Below are positions 12,501 to 24,500 of a stretch of 64,000 bases of DNA, piece after piece. Both the position numbers and the translations under genes were made by a program. Position 1 is the first letter of the stretch, and every line of letters begins with the position of its first letter. Origin of the DNA: Mantamonas sphyraenae STR306 (Eukaryota > Protista > CRuMs). Location of the stretch: the NCBI GenBank assembly GCA_026936335.1, contig JAPMXV010000004.1, positions 338,515 to 402,514 of the forward strand, read 5' to 3'. Under the pieces are notes generated by a model, which saw only the letters and a program-made list of their open reading frames with translations, made no database searches and was not told the origin of the DNA.

Positions 12501-15500
12501 GCTCAGGCCAGCCCCGCCGCTCACATTCACTCGCCCGTGTGCCGCTACAATCTCCACACGCATCTCCGCACCTCCCACGTCTACGTCAGACACAGACACT
12601 CCACCCCCAATCGCCACCGCCGTGTCTTCCTGTGTCCACACCGTGTCCGGTAGTCCGCTCACCACAGGCCTGTCGTTCACACTCGCAACAAACAGCGTCA
12701 CATTCACACGCGTGATCTGGGCTCCGCCTGCTCCGCTCGCCCCGTTGTCCGTCACCTCAATCTGAAGCACGTCGCCCCCCGTGTAGTGCAGCGACGGTGT
12801 GTACTCAACCACACTCAACGCCCCACTCACGTCACTGTGCAGCCCAGAAAACACCATTACAGGAACGCCCGTGGCCGTGCCCGTCGAAAACGTCACTCCA
12901 GACGTCGTGTTCAGCGCAAGCACACCATGGCTCACCTTCAGTTGCACCGCCAGGTTTGCGTGGCCCACATCCACGTCGCTCACAGTCATCCCACTCACAA
13001 CCACACTCGTGTCCTCCAGCAGTGTCAACGTCGACGCAGGCACCCCTCCAATGACCGGCCCATCGTTCACCGATTGGACGATCACACTCAGGCTCACGCT
13101 TCCACCTGCACTCTCCGCGTTGAACGCTGCCACAACAAGACTTGCAGATCCGCGCCAGTGCAAATCACCAGTCACGTTCAGTCCTGCCAGGTGTCGGTTG
13201 ATCTTTTCCAGCTCTCCATGCAGGGCCACACTCTGCCGGTCTGTTGCCCACACCACACTGTACGTATCTGCCACGGGGTCGCTGCTGTTGAACCCCAGTC
13301 GCACATTTCCACTGGTCACATTCACCCATACAGTCGTGCTCAACGGTGTGTCGATGTCCAGTACCTGCACGCCTTCCACCCGCAGCACAACATCTTCCGA
13401 CACCACAAACGCCGTTTGTGCAGCAACAACCACCGGCAGGTCGTTCACAGACACAACCTGCACCGCCACCGTTCCCGTCCCGTTCGCCACACCGTCTCCA
13501 ACCAGCACATGCACAGAATCCACCCCGTTCCAGTTTGCATCCGGCACATACTCCATGCATCCCACAGCAGACTGTACACACCAGTACGGCATCTCGTACG
13601 TCCACTTCCTGCCCGTTACACTGGCACTCAACGCACATGATCCGTTGCACACCTTCACCACTCCGTTCTCGGCGCTCACCTCCACCGTGTACACGTCATT
13701 GCTCGACGATCCCACGCCCGCAACGTCCACATCGTACATCGATACTTGCCACAACGTCGTGTTACCATCTTCCAGCACAACCGCTGCTCCCGTGCTGTTA
13801 ACCACAACCACAGGTGCGTCGTTCACAGGCGTCACCACAATCGTCTCCACCGCCACCGCCTGTTCACCCTGTGCGTCTTTCACACCCACGCTCACGCTCA
13901 CGTTGCCGTTCTCGTCCTTCCCACTCACATACTCCACCGTCCCAAGCACGGCGTTCACGCTCGCCACACTCCCGTTCACCACAAATCCGCTACCAACTTC
14001 AACCACAGCACTGCCACTCACAAACGCCTCCACCGGCCCATGCTTGTTCAGCTCCGTCGTCAGCTGCAGATTCGTCGCACGCGCTCCAAGTCGGTCGTCG
14101 TTCCCAAACCCAAAGTATCCTCCGTCGTCGTGTCCCCAGTCGCCCAGCCACAGATATCCCTCTGCGTCCACGCGCACAAACATATCCAATCCGTGCTGGT
14201 TTGCCCCGTTCCCGCCCGCCGGGAACGAGTACACATCTCCAGCGCCCATTGGGTTCGTCAGACTGCCGCCCCGTCGAAAGTTGAACGCACTGTCGTAGTA
14301 AAACACACGCCCGTCCACCGTCCACAGTCGGTGCCCAAACGCATCCTGCTCCGTCGATCGGTACGAGTTGGGCGGTGCAAACGCACTCGATCCCGTCGTC
14401 CGCACACTCACGTTCAGCCTCTCCCAGTCCACACTAAACACAACGTCCGTCCGCGAGTTCGATCGGAACAGAAACTCGCTCAATCCGTCGCTCACAAACA
14501 CCAGCTCGTTCGAGGACGTCGTCAGGCCCAGGTCTCCCGTCAGTCCAAGCTCCCCAAACGACTTGCCATACGTCACTCCGTTGTCCGCCAGCCACGTTGC
14601 GCTGCCGGCCCCGACCACCGTCAGGTGTTGTCCCCTGCCGCTCTGGTCGTACAGCTGCGCCCCACCACACTCATCCACCTTGTAGTACGCCCGCACATCG
14701 CTCTCGCGCCCGTGTCGACCGTAGTATCGCAGCGTCGTCGTCTCTCCAGTCGTCACGTGTCCCTCCAACACAATCACCTCGTCGTACTCGCACGTGCTCG
14801 TCTCAGACCCCACACGCAGTGTCTGTCCACTCGCCATCGTGTATCCAGCCTGTACCGTGCCCGTGTACGCAACCGCAGAATCTACAATCACTTGCAGCTG
14901 TCCACTCTGCGATGTCCACGCAACCGCAATGTGTCGCAGCGCTCCTGCGTCCACACCCACGCCCGTGTTCACCGTCGTCCCACCAATCGTCACCTGCACA
15001 GACGACGACCCGCGGATGCGCATCACGTCTCCGCCATACCGGATGTCAATCTCCTGGCCCGAGTTCGCATTCACAATCGCTGCCACTGTCACCACGCTGT
15101 TTGGCCACGTCGACATGCTTGCACGCGTTGCGTACGTTCCGCCTCCTCCGTTCATCCCCACTCGGCATCCATTCAGGCCAAACCGCACCAGTGCGTTCTG
15201 CGGGTCCAGCCACAGCTCCTTTCCAATCGCGTTGAAGCTCACAGGACGCGCCGTCGTCGCCATACCCACCGGTGCCACTCCGGGCAACTTTCGCACCGTC
15301 GCATCTTCCGTTCCGTCTCGTCGCCACGTCCTCCACTCCACTCCGCTCGTGTAGGTCGCTTCCACCGACCCAATCTGGCCTGTGTTGTCCGTCCACAGCG
15401 TCGTCGAGTCGTGGTCGTCGATCGAGTACAGAAAGTGTTGCGATGCCACACTGCCGCTCTTCCATCCAGGCGTGCTGCCGTTGCTCGTAAACACAGATGC

Positions 15501-18500
15501 CCATCCGCCGCCGTCCATGCTCATCTCACAGTACACCAGCACACTCTTCATCGGCCCCTCTCCGTCCACATCCACCACATACAGACCGCTCTCGTTCGCT
15601 CCTCGTGCACGGTACGCGTGGCAGTCTCGCGCCCACGACGCAACCACTCCGCTCTCCATCTCGCTCCCGTTCACAAGTCGCTTGTAAAACTGTCCGCCGC
15701 CTCCAGCTCCCACCAGCTGGCCTGCTTCCACGTTGGCAAACAGCCGCCCACTTCCAGTCACATTCACTGTCACTGTCAATTGAGCGCCCACGTCCACGTC
15801 GCTGACCTGAAGGCCTGGCAGAGCGACACGCACATCCTCCGGCGCCGTGTATCCACCCGCCTGCAGCTGTGCCGTCGGTGCGTCGTTCACAGAGAGCACT
15901 TGGATGCTCACGTTGCGTGCGCTCGTCGACAGCCCGTCTGCAAGCACAAGCTCAAGCGTGTCTGCTCCAAAGTAGTTTGCGTCCGGTACGTACCACAGGC
16001 TCTTCACCGTTTCGTTCACCTGTCCAAGTACTCCTTGCACCACCACTTCCCGTGTCCCTTGTCCATATGTACCGTTCGTCACCCGTCCATGGCCTGCCCG
16101 CACAACCAGCGTCGCAGGGTGTTCCGCCGTCGCGTCAACATCTCGCAGAGACACAACCTCGCCAAGTGCAAAGCCCACGTCCTCGTTGCACACAGCCACA
16201 CTCTGCGCCACAACAATCTCCAGTGCATCGTCCACCGAGCTCACGTTCACACTCGTGTTCACTGCAAACGCCACAGCTCCACGATCCTTGAACGTCCATG
16301 CAATCACGTCCGCCCCGTGGTAGTGTGCGTCAGGCACGTAGTACAGCAGTCCTGCATCCAACTGCACCTGCAGCGTCGAGATCATTCCCTCCAAGCCTAT
16401 CGTTCGCCCTGTCATCGTGACGTTCACCCCGCCCACGTGGCTCCCATTCGCCATCACCCGCCCATGCATCGTCGTTGCTTCGATGCGGATCGCAGGCTCT
16501 GCCGTGTCCACATCCTGCAGAACGACTCCCACAATCCTTTTCGCAGTGTCTTCCACAACGTCCACCGTTACAGGTACCGTTGCAGTCAGCGCATCGTTCA
16601 CCTCGCTCACAACCACAGTCACACGTGCCCACGTCCACAGTCCAAGCTCGTCCGTCACGTTCACCTGTACGCTCGCGTTGCCGTAAAAGTTGGCATCCGG
16701 GATCATCACCACTGACCTCACTGCGGCCTCCACCACCTGCACACTGCCCACAACGCTCACATTCCTGCTCAGGCCAGCCCCGCCGCTCACATTCACTCGC
16801 CCGTGTGCCGCTACAATCTCCACACGCATCTCCGCACCTCCCACGTCTACGTCAGACACAGACACTCCACCCCCAATCGCCACCGCCGTGTCTTCCTGTG
16901 TCCACACCGTGTCCGGTAGTCCGCTCACCACAGGCCTGTCGTTCACACTCGCAACAAACAGCGTCACATTCACACGCGTGATCTGGGCTCCGCCTGCTCC
17001 GCTCGCCCCGTTGTCCGTCACCTCAATCTGAAGCACGTCGCCCCCCGTGTAGTGCAGCGACGGTGTGTACTCAACCACACTCAACGCCCCACTCACGTCA
17101 CTGTGCAGCCCAGAAAACACCATTACAGGAACGCCCGTGGCCGTGCCCGTCGAAAACGTCACTCCAGACGTCGTGTTCAGCGCAAGCACACCATGGCTCA
17201 CCTTCAGTTGCACCTCCAGATTTGCGTGGCCAACATCCACGTCGCTCACAGTCATCCCACTCACAACCACACTCGTGTCCTCCAGCAGTGTCAACGTAGA
17301 CGCAGGCACCCCTCCAATGACCGGCCCATCGTTCACCGATTGGACGATCACACTCAGGCTCACGCTTCCACCTGCACTCTCCGCGTTGAACGCTGCCACA
17401 ACAAGACTTGCAGATCCGCGCCAGTGCAAATCACCAGTCACGTTCAGTCCTGCCAGGTGTCGGTTGATCTTTTCCAGCTCTCCATGCAGGGCCACACTCT
17501 GCCGGTCTGTTGCCCACACCACACTGTACGTATCTGCCACGGGGTCGCTGCTGTTGAACCCCAGTCGCACATTTCCACTGGTCACATTCACCCATACAGT
17601 CGTGCTCAACGGTGTGTCGATGTCCAGTACCTGCACGCCTTCCACCCGCAGCACAACATCTTCCGACACCACAAACGCCGTTTGTGCAGCAACAACCACC
17701 GGCAGGTCGTTCACAGACACAACCTGCACCGCCACCGTTCCCGTCCCGTTCGCCACACCGTCTCCAACCAGCACATGCACAGAATCCACCCCGTTCCAGT
17801 TTGCATCCGGCACATACTCCATGCATCCCACAGCAGACTGTACACACCAGTACGGCATCTCGTACGTCCACTTCCTGCCCGTTACACTGGCACTCAACGC
17901 ACATGATCCGTTGCACACCTTCACCACTCCGTTCTCGGCGCTCACCTCCACCGTGTACACGTCATTGCTCGACGATCCCACGCCCACAACGTCCACATCG
18001 TACATCGATACTTGCCACAACGTCGTGTTACCATCTTCCAGCACAACCGCTGCTCCCGTGCTGTTAACCACAACCACAGGTGCGTCGTTCACAGGCGTCA
18101 CCACAATCGTCTCCACCGCCACCGCCTGTTCACCCTGTGCGTCTTTCACACCCACGCTCACGCTCACGTTGCCGTTCTCGTCCTTCCCACTCACATACTC
18201 CACCGTCCCAAGCACGGCGTTCACGCTCGCCACACTCCCGCTCACCACAAATCCGCTACCAACTTCAACCACAGCACTGCCACTCACAAACGCCTCCACC
18301 GGCCCATGCTTGTTCAGCTCCGTCGTCAGCTGCAGATTCGTCGCACGCGCTCCAAGTCGGTCGTCGTTCCCAAACCCAAAGTATCCTCCGTCGTCGTGTC
18401 CCCAGTCGCCCAGCCACAGATATCCCTCTGCGTCCACGCGCACAAACATATCCAATCCGTGCTGGTTTGCCCCGTTCCCGCCCGCCGGGAACGAGTACAC

Positions 18501-21500
18501 ATCTCCAGCGCCCATTGGGTTCGTCAGACTGCCGCCCCGTCGAAAGTTGAACGCACTGTCGTAGTAAAACACACGCCCGTCCACCGTCCACAGTCGGTGC
18601 CCAAACGCATCCTGCTCCGTCGATCGGTACGAGTTGGGCGGTGCAAACGCACTCGATCCCGTCGTCCGCACACTCACGTTCAGCCTCTCCCAGTCCACAC
18701 TAAACACAACGTCCGTCCGCGAGTTCGATCGGAACAGAAACTCGCTCAATCCGTCGCTCACAAACACCAGCTCGTTCGAGGACGTCGTCAGGCCCAGGTC
18801 TCCCGTCAGTCCAAGCTCCCCAAACGACTTGCCATACGTCACTCCGTTGTCCGCCAGCCACGTTGCGCTGCCGGCCCCGACCACCGTCAGGTGTTGTCCC
18901 CTGCCGCTCTGGTCGTACAGCTGCGCCCCACCACACTCATCCACCTTGTAGTACGCTCGCACATCGCTCTCGCGCCCGTGTCGGCCGTAGTATCGCAGCG
19001 TCGTCGTCTCTCCAGTCGTCACGTGTCCCTCCAACACAATCACCTCGTCGTACTCGCACGTGCTCGTCTCAGACCCCACACGCAGTGTCTGTCCACTCGC
19101 CATCGTGTATCCAGCCTGTACCGTGCCCGTGTACGCAACCGCAGAATCTACAATCACTTGCAGCTGTCCACTCTGCGATGTCCACGCAACCGCAATGTGT
19201 CGCAGCGCTCCTGCGTCCACACCCACGCCCGTGTTCACCGTCGTCCCACCAATCGTCACCTGCACAGACGATGACCCACGGATACGCATCACGTCTCCGC
19301 CATACCGGATGTCAATCTCCTGGCCCGAGTTCGCATTCACAATCGCTGCCACTGTCACCACGCTGTTTGGCCACGTCGACATGCTTGCACGCGTTGCGTA
19401 CGTTCCGCCTCCTCCGTTCATCCCCACTCGGCATCCATTCAGGCCAAACCGCACCAGTGCGTTCTGCGGGTCCAGCCACAGTTCCTTTCCAATCGCGTTG
19501 AAGCTCACAGGACGCGCCGTCGTCGCCATACCCACCGGTGCCACTCCGGGCAACTTTCGCACCGTCGCATCTTCCGTTCCGTCTCGTCGCCACGTCCTCC
19601 ACTCCACTCCGCTCGTGTAGAGCGCTTCCACTGACCCAATCTGGCCTGTGTTGTCCGTCCACAGCGTCGTCGAGTCGTGGTCGTCGATCGAGTACAGAAA
19701 GTGTTGCGATGCCACACTGCCGCTCTTCCATCCAGGCGTAGTGCCGTTGCTCGTAAACACAGATGCCCATCCGCCGCCGTCCATACTCATCTCACAGTAC
19801 ACCAGCACGCTCTTCATCGGCCCCTCTCCGTCCACATCCACCACATATAGACCGCTCTCGTTCGCTCCTCGTGCACGGTACGCGTGGCAGTCACGCGCCC
19901 ACGACGCAACCACCCCGCTCTCCATCTCGCTCCCGTTCACAAGTCGCTTGTAAAACTCTCCACCGCCTCCAGCTCCCACCAGCTGGCCTGCTTCCACGTT
20001 GGCAAAAAGTCGCCCACTTCCAGTCACATTCACTGTCACTGTCAATTGAGCGCCCACGTCCACGTCGCTGACCTGAAGGCCTGGCAGAGCGACGCGCACA
20101 TCCTCCGGCGCCGTGTATCCACCCGCCTGCAGCTGTGCCGTCGGTGCGTCGTTCACGCCGCTCACTGTGATCGTCACGTTGTCGTGAACCACTGCCTCGC
20201 CGTCGTTTGCAACCACGAACAGCCTGTCTTCCCCTTCAAAGTGGAGCGTACCGCGGTACGTCAGCGTGGCCAACTGGGTGTTGATCGACGTTGTACCGCC
20301 CGTGAGTTGGATCGACGTGTGATTGGCCGGTTGACCATTGATGCCAATTCGACCATGGTCCGTGGTCAGTGTGACTGCAAGTTGTGCGCCTGCGTCTGCG
20401 TCAAAGACACGAACCAGCATCATCGCGGAGAGGGGTACATCTTCGGTCGCGGAAACGTTCTTTTGCGCAAGCTGTATCTGTGGCAAGTCGTTCACAGCGA
20501 GAACGTTGATGGTGATGTTTGCCACCAGCTGGTCGTCCACATAAATGACCACTGTGTCGACGCCAAACCAGTTTGCACTGGGAATGTAGGACACGTTGCC
20601 CAGCATGTTGTTCATCGCAACCAACGTGCCGGTCAACGAAATGACCCTGAACCCGAAAACCGGGTTGACGGTGAAGCCCGACAGTTGAAGCTGGCTTGTG
20701 TTGAAGAGAGTCAATGCCCCGGCATTCACCGACATGTTGAGTGTCACCACGGCCGTGTTTGGTAGGTCACCATCGCTCACGTTCATGGGATTGAGTTGGA
20801 GTAGAACGTCTTCGGAGACAGTGTAGTGACGCGGCCCTCCCAGCACGGTCAGGTCCTCTACACCCTGGATCACCAGGGGAATATTCGCTGTGGCTGTGTA
20901 AACACCGCCCGCGCCGTTGTGGCCTTGATCACTCACGCTGATGGTCAAAAGGTCGGCGCCGTTGTAGTTTGTGCTGCCGCGATACGTAACTGTCGCCAGC
21001 ATCGCATTGAGTTGAGTCAACGTTCCTGTGCAGCTCATTTGCGCATCTGAGCTGCCATCACCGATAGCAAACGTCAATCCGACAGTTGTGGCCACTGAAA
21101 AGGTGCCGTGTGACACCGTCACGTTCACACGCAACTCCTGTGACGCGACATCAACATCGCTGACGTTCGTACCCACAATTGCCACAGTGGTGTCTTCGAG
21201 GACAGTGACATGTCCTGGGACCAGCAGCAAAGGGCCATCGTTGACAGGTTCCACGACAATCGCCGTCATCGCGGTTGCGTTCAACGCTCCTGGAGAGCCA
21301 GTTGCTCCTTCGTCTGACACAAACACGGACAGTGTGTCCGTACCATGCCAGTGCAGCGACGGCAAGTACTGCAACCCCTGCAACACGGCACGGATGGCTG
21401 TCAAGTTGCCCGAGCACACAATCTGCGGCTGCCAGAACCCGGTGCAGGCGACGCCACTGCTGTTGCTGGTGGACACCAGTCCGTTCACTGCCGTGACGCG

Positions 21501-24500
21501 AACCTGCATGGCATGCGCACCGACATCGACATCGGATGTCGCCACACCCACAATCTGCAACAACGTGTCTTCCGAGACTGGACTCTGTTCAGGCACGAAA
21601 ACCTCGGGCGCGTCGTTCACAGGCGTCACCACAATCGTCTCCACCGCCACCGCCTGTTCACCCTGTGCGTCTTTCACACCCACGCTCACGCTCACGTTGC
21701 CGTTCTCGTCCTTCCCACTCACATACTCCACCGTCCCAAGCACGGCGTTCACGCTCGCCACACTCCCGTTCACCACAAATCCGCTACCAACTTCAACCAC
21801 AGCACTGCCACTCACAAACGCCTCCACCGGCCCATGCTTGTTCAGCTCCGTCGTCAGCTGCAGATTCGTCGCACGCGCTCCAAGTCGGTCGTCGTTCCCA
21901 AACCCAAAGTATCCTCCGTCGTCGTGTCCCCAGTCGCCCAGCCACAGATATCCGTCTGTGTCCACACGCACAAACATATCCAATCCGTGCTGGTTCGTCC
22001 CGCTCCCTCCCGCCGGGAACGAGTACACATCTCCAGCGCCCATTGGGTTCGTCAGGCTGCCGCCCCGTCGAAAGTTGAACGCACTGTCGTAGTAAAACAC
22101 ACGCCCGTCCACCGTCCACAGTCGGTGCCCAAACGCATCCTGCTCCGTCGATCGGTACGAGTTGGGCGGTGCAAACGCACTCGATCCCGTCGTCCGCACA
22201 CTCACGTTCAGCCTCTCCCAGTCCACACTAAACACAACGTCCGTCCGCGAGTTCGATCGGAACAGAAACTCGCTCAATCCGTCGCTCACAAACACCAGCT
22301 CGTTCGAGGACGTCGTCAGGCCCAGGTCTCCCGTCAGTCCAAGCTCCCCAAACGACTTGCCATACGTCACTCCGTTGTCCGCCAGCCACGTTGCGCTGCC
22401 GGCCCCGACCACCGTCAGGTGTTGTCCCCTGCCGCTCTGGTCGTACAGCTGCGCCCCACCACACTCATCCACCTTGTAGTACGCTCGCACATCGCTCTCG
22501 CGCCCGTGTCGGCCGTAGTATCGCAGCGTCGTCGTCTCTCCAGTCGTCACGTGTCCCTCCAACACAATCACCTCGTCGTACTCGCACGTGCTCGTCTCAG
22601 ACCCCACACGCAGTGTCTGTCCACTCGCCATCGTGTATCCAGCCTGTACCGTGCCCGTGTACGCAACCGCAGAATCTACAATCACTTGCAGCTGTCCACT
22701 CTGCGATGTCCACGCAACCGCAATGTGTCGCAGCGCTCCTGCGTCCACACCCACGCCCGTGTTCACCGTCGTCCCACCAATCGTCACCTGCACAGACGAT
22801 GACCCACGGATGCGCATCACGTCTCCGCCATACCGGATGTCAATCTCCTGGCCCGAGTTCGCATTCACAATCGCTGCCACTGTCACCACGCTGTTTGGCC
22901 ACGTCGACATGCTTGCACGCGTTGCGTACGTTCCGCCTCCTCCGTTCATCCCCACTCGGCATCCATTCAGGCCAAACCGCACCAGTGCGTTCTGCGGATC
23001 CAGCCACAGTTCCTTTCCAATCGCGTTGAAGCTCACAGGACGCGCCGTCGTCGCCATACCCACCGGTGCCACTCCGGGCAACTTTCGCACCGTCGCATCT
23101 TCCGTTCCGTCTCGTCGCCACGTCCTCCACTCCACTCCGCTCGTGTAGAGCGCTTCCACTGACCCAATCTGGCCTGTGTTGTCCGTCCACAGCGTCGTCG
23201 AGTCGTGGTCGTCGATCGAGTACAGAAAGTGTTGCGATGCCACACTGCCGCTCTTCCATCCAGGCGTAGTGCCGTTGCTCGTAAACACAGATGCCCATCC
23301 GCCGCCGTCCATACTCATCTCACAGTACACCAGCACACTCTTCATCGGCCCCTCTCCGTCCACATCCACCACATACAGACCGCTCTCGTTCGCTCCTCGT
23401 GCACGGTACGCGTGGCAGTCTCGCGCCCACGACGCAACCACTCCGCTCTCCATCTCGCTCCCGTTCACAAGTCGCTTGTAAAACTGTCCGCCGCCTCCAG
23501 CTCCCACCAGCTGGCCTGCTTCCACGTTGGCAAACAGCCGCCCACTTCCAGTCACATTCACTGTCACTGTCAATTGAGCGCCCACGTCCACGTCGCTGAC
23601 CTGAAGGCCTGGTAGAGCGACGCGCACATCCTCCGGCGTCGTGTATCCACCCGCCTGCAGCTGTGCCGTCGGTGCGTCGTTCACGCCGCTCACTGTGATC
23701 GTCACGTTGTCGTGAACCACTGCCTCGCCGTCGTTTGCAACCACGAACAGCCTGTCTTCCCCTTCAAAGTGGAGCGTACCGCGGTACGTCAGCGTGGCCA
23801 ACTGGGTGTTGATCGACGTCGTATCGCCCGTGATTTGCACCGATGTGTTGTCGGCTGGGGCTCCGTTCAACCCGAGGAGACCATGGGCACTGCTGAGCGT
23901 CACCGTGAGAGTTGTGTACACCGAGTCGATGTCGGTAACGCGGACTAAGGACGGGAAGGCTGATGTGGAGTTGTCCTCGACGTGGTGGGCAGTGCCGTTG
24001 AAGGTGATGTACGGAATGTCATTGATGCTCTGAATGATGATGGTGATGTTGAAGGTGGGTCGGTTGTCAATTCGGATGGTGACCACCTCTTGGCCCCACC
24101 ACCAGCGGCTGGAGTTGTACTGCACACTGCTCAGCAAAGCACCGATGCCATCATATGTGCCTCGCCATGTCACAGAGGTCAATGGAGTCGTGCGTGCTTC
24201 GATGAGTGTGACTTGCGAGGTGTTGTGGAAGGTGAGCATGCCCTGGCGCACCTCAAAGGTTGCGTTGACCTGCTGCACGCCAGGGTACTCGTGTGTGTCT
24301 GCATCGGAGATCTGCATGGGCTGCATGAGTACACCGCCCCATTCCTGGATCGTGTACTGCGTGGGTCCCGAGATCACTGCAGGATCGTCCACCTCGACCA
24401 CGGTGATATCGATCGTTTCGGTCTGAGTGACGGTGGCGTCGTTCAGAGTCACAATCACATAGTCGGTGCCGTGAAAGTGGGTGGGTGGGATGTATGTCAG

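Noticed and set aside
11615-23819. Transposon, LTR or CRISPR interpretation of the large repeats
   Set aside because: The repeats are in-frame coding modules with no terminal repeats, spacers, transposase or reverse transcriptase.
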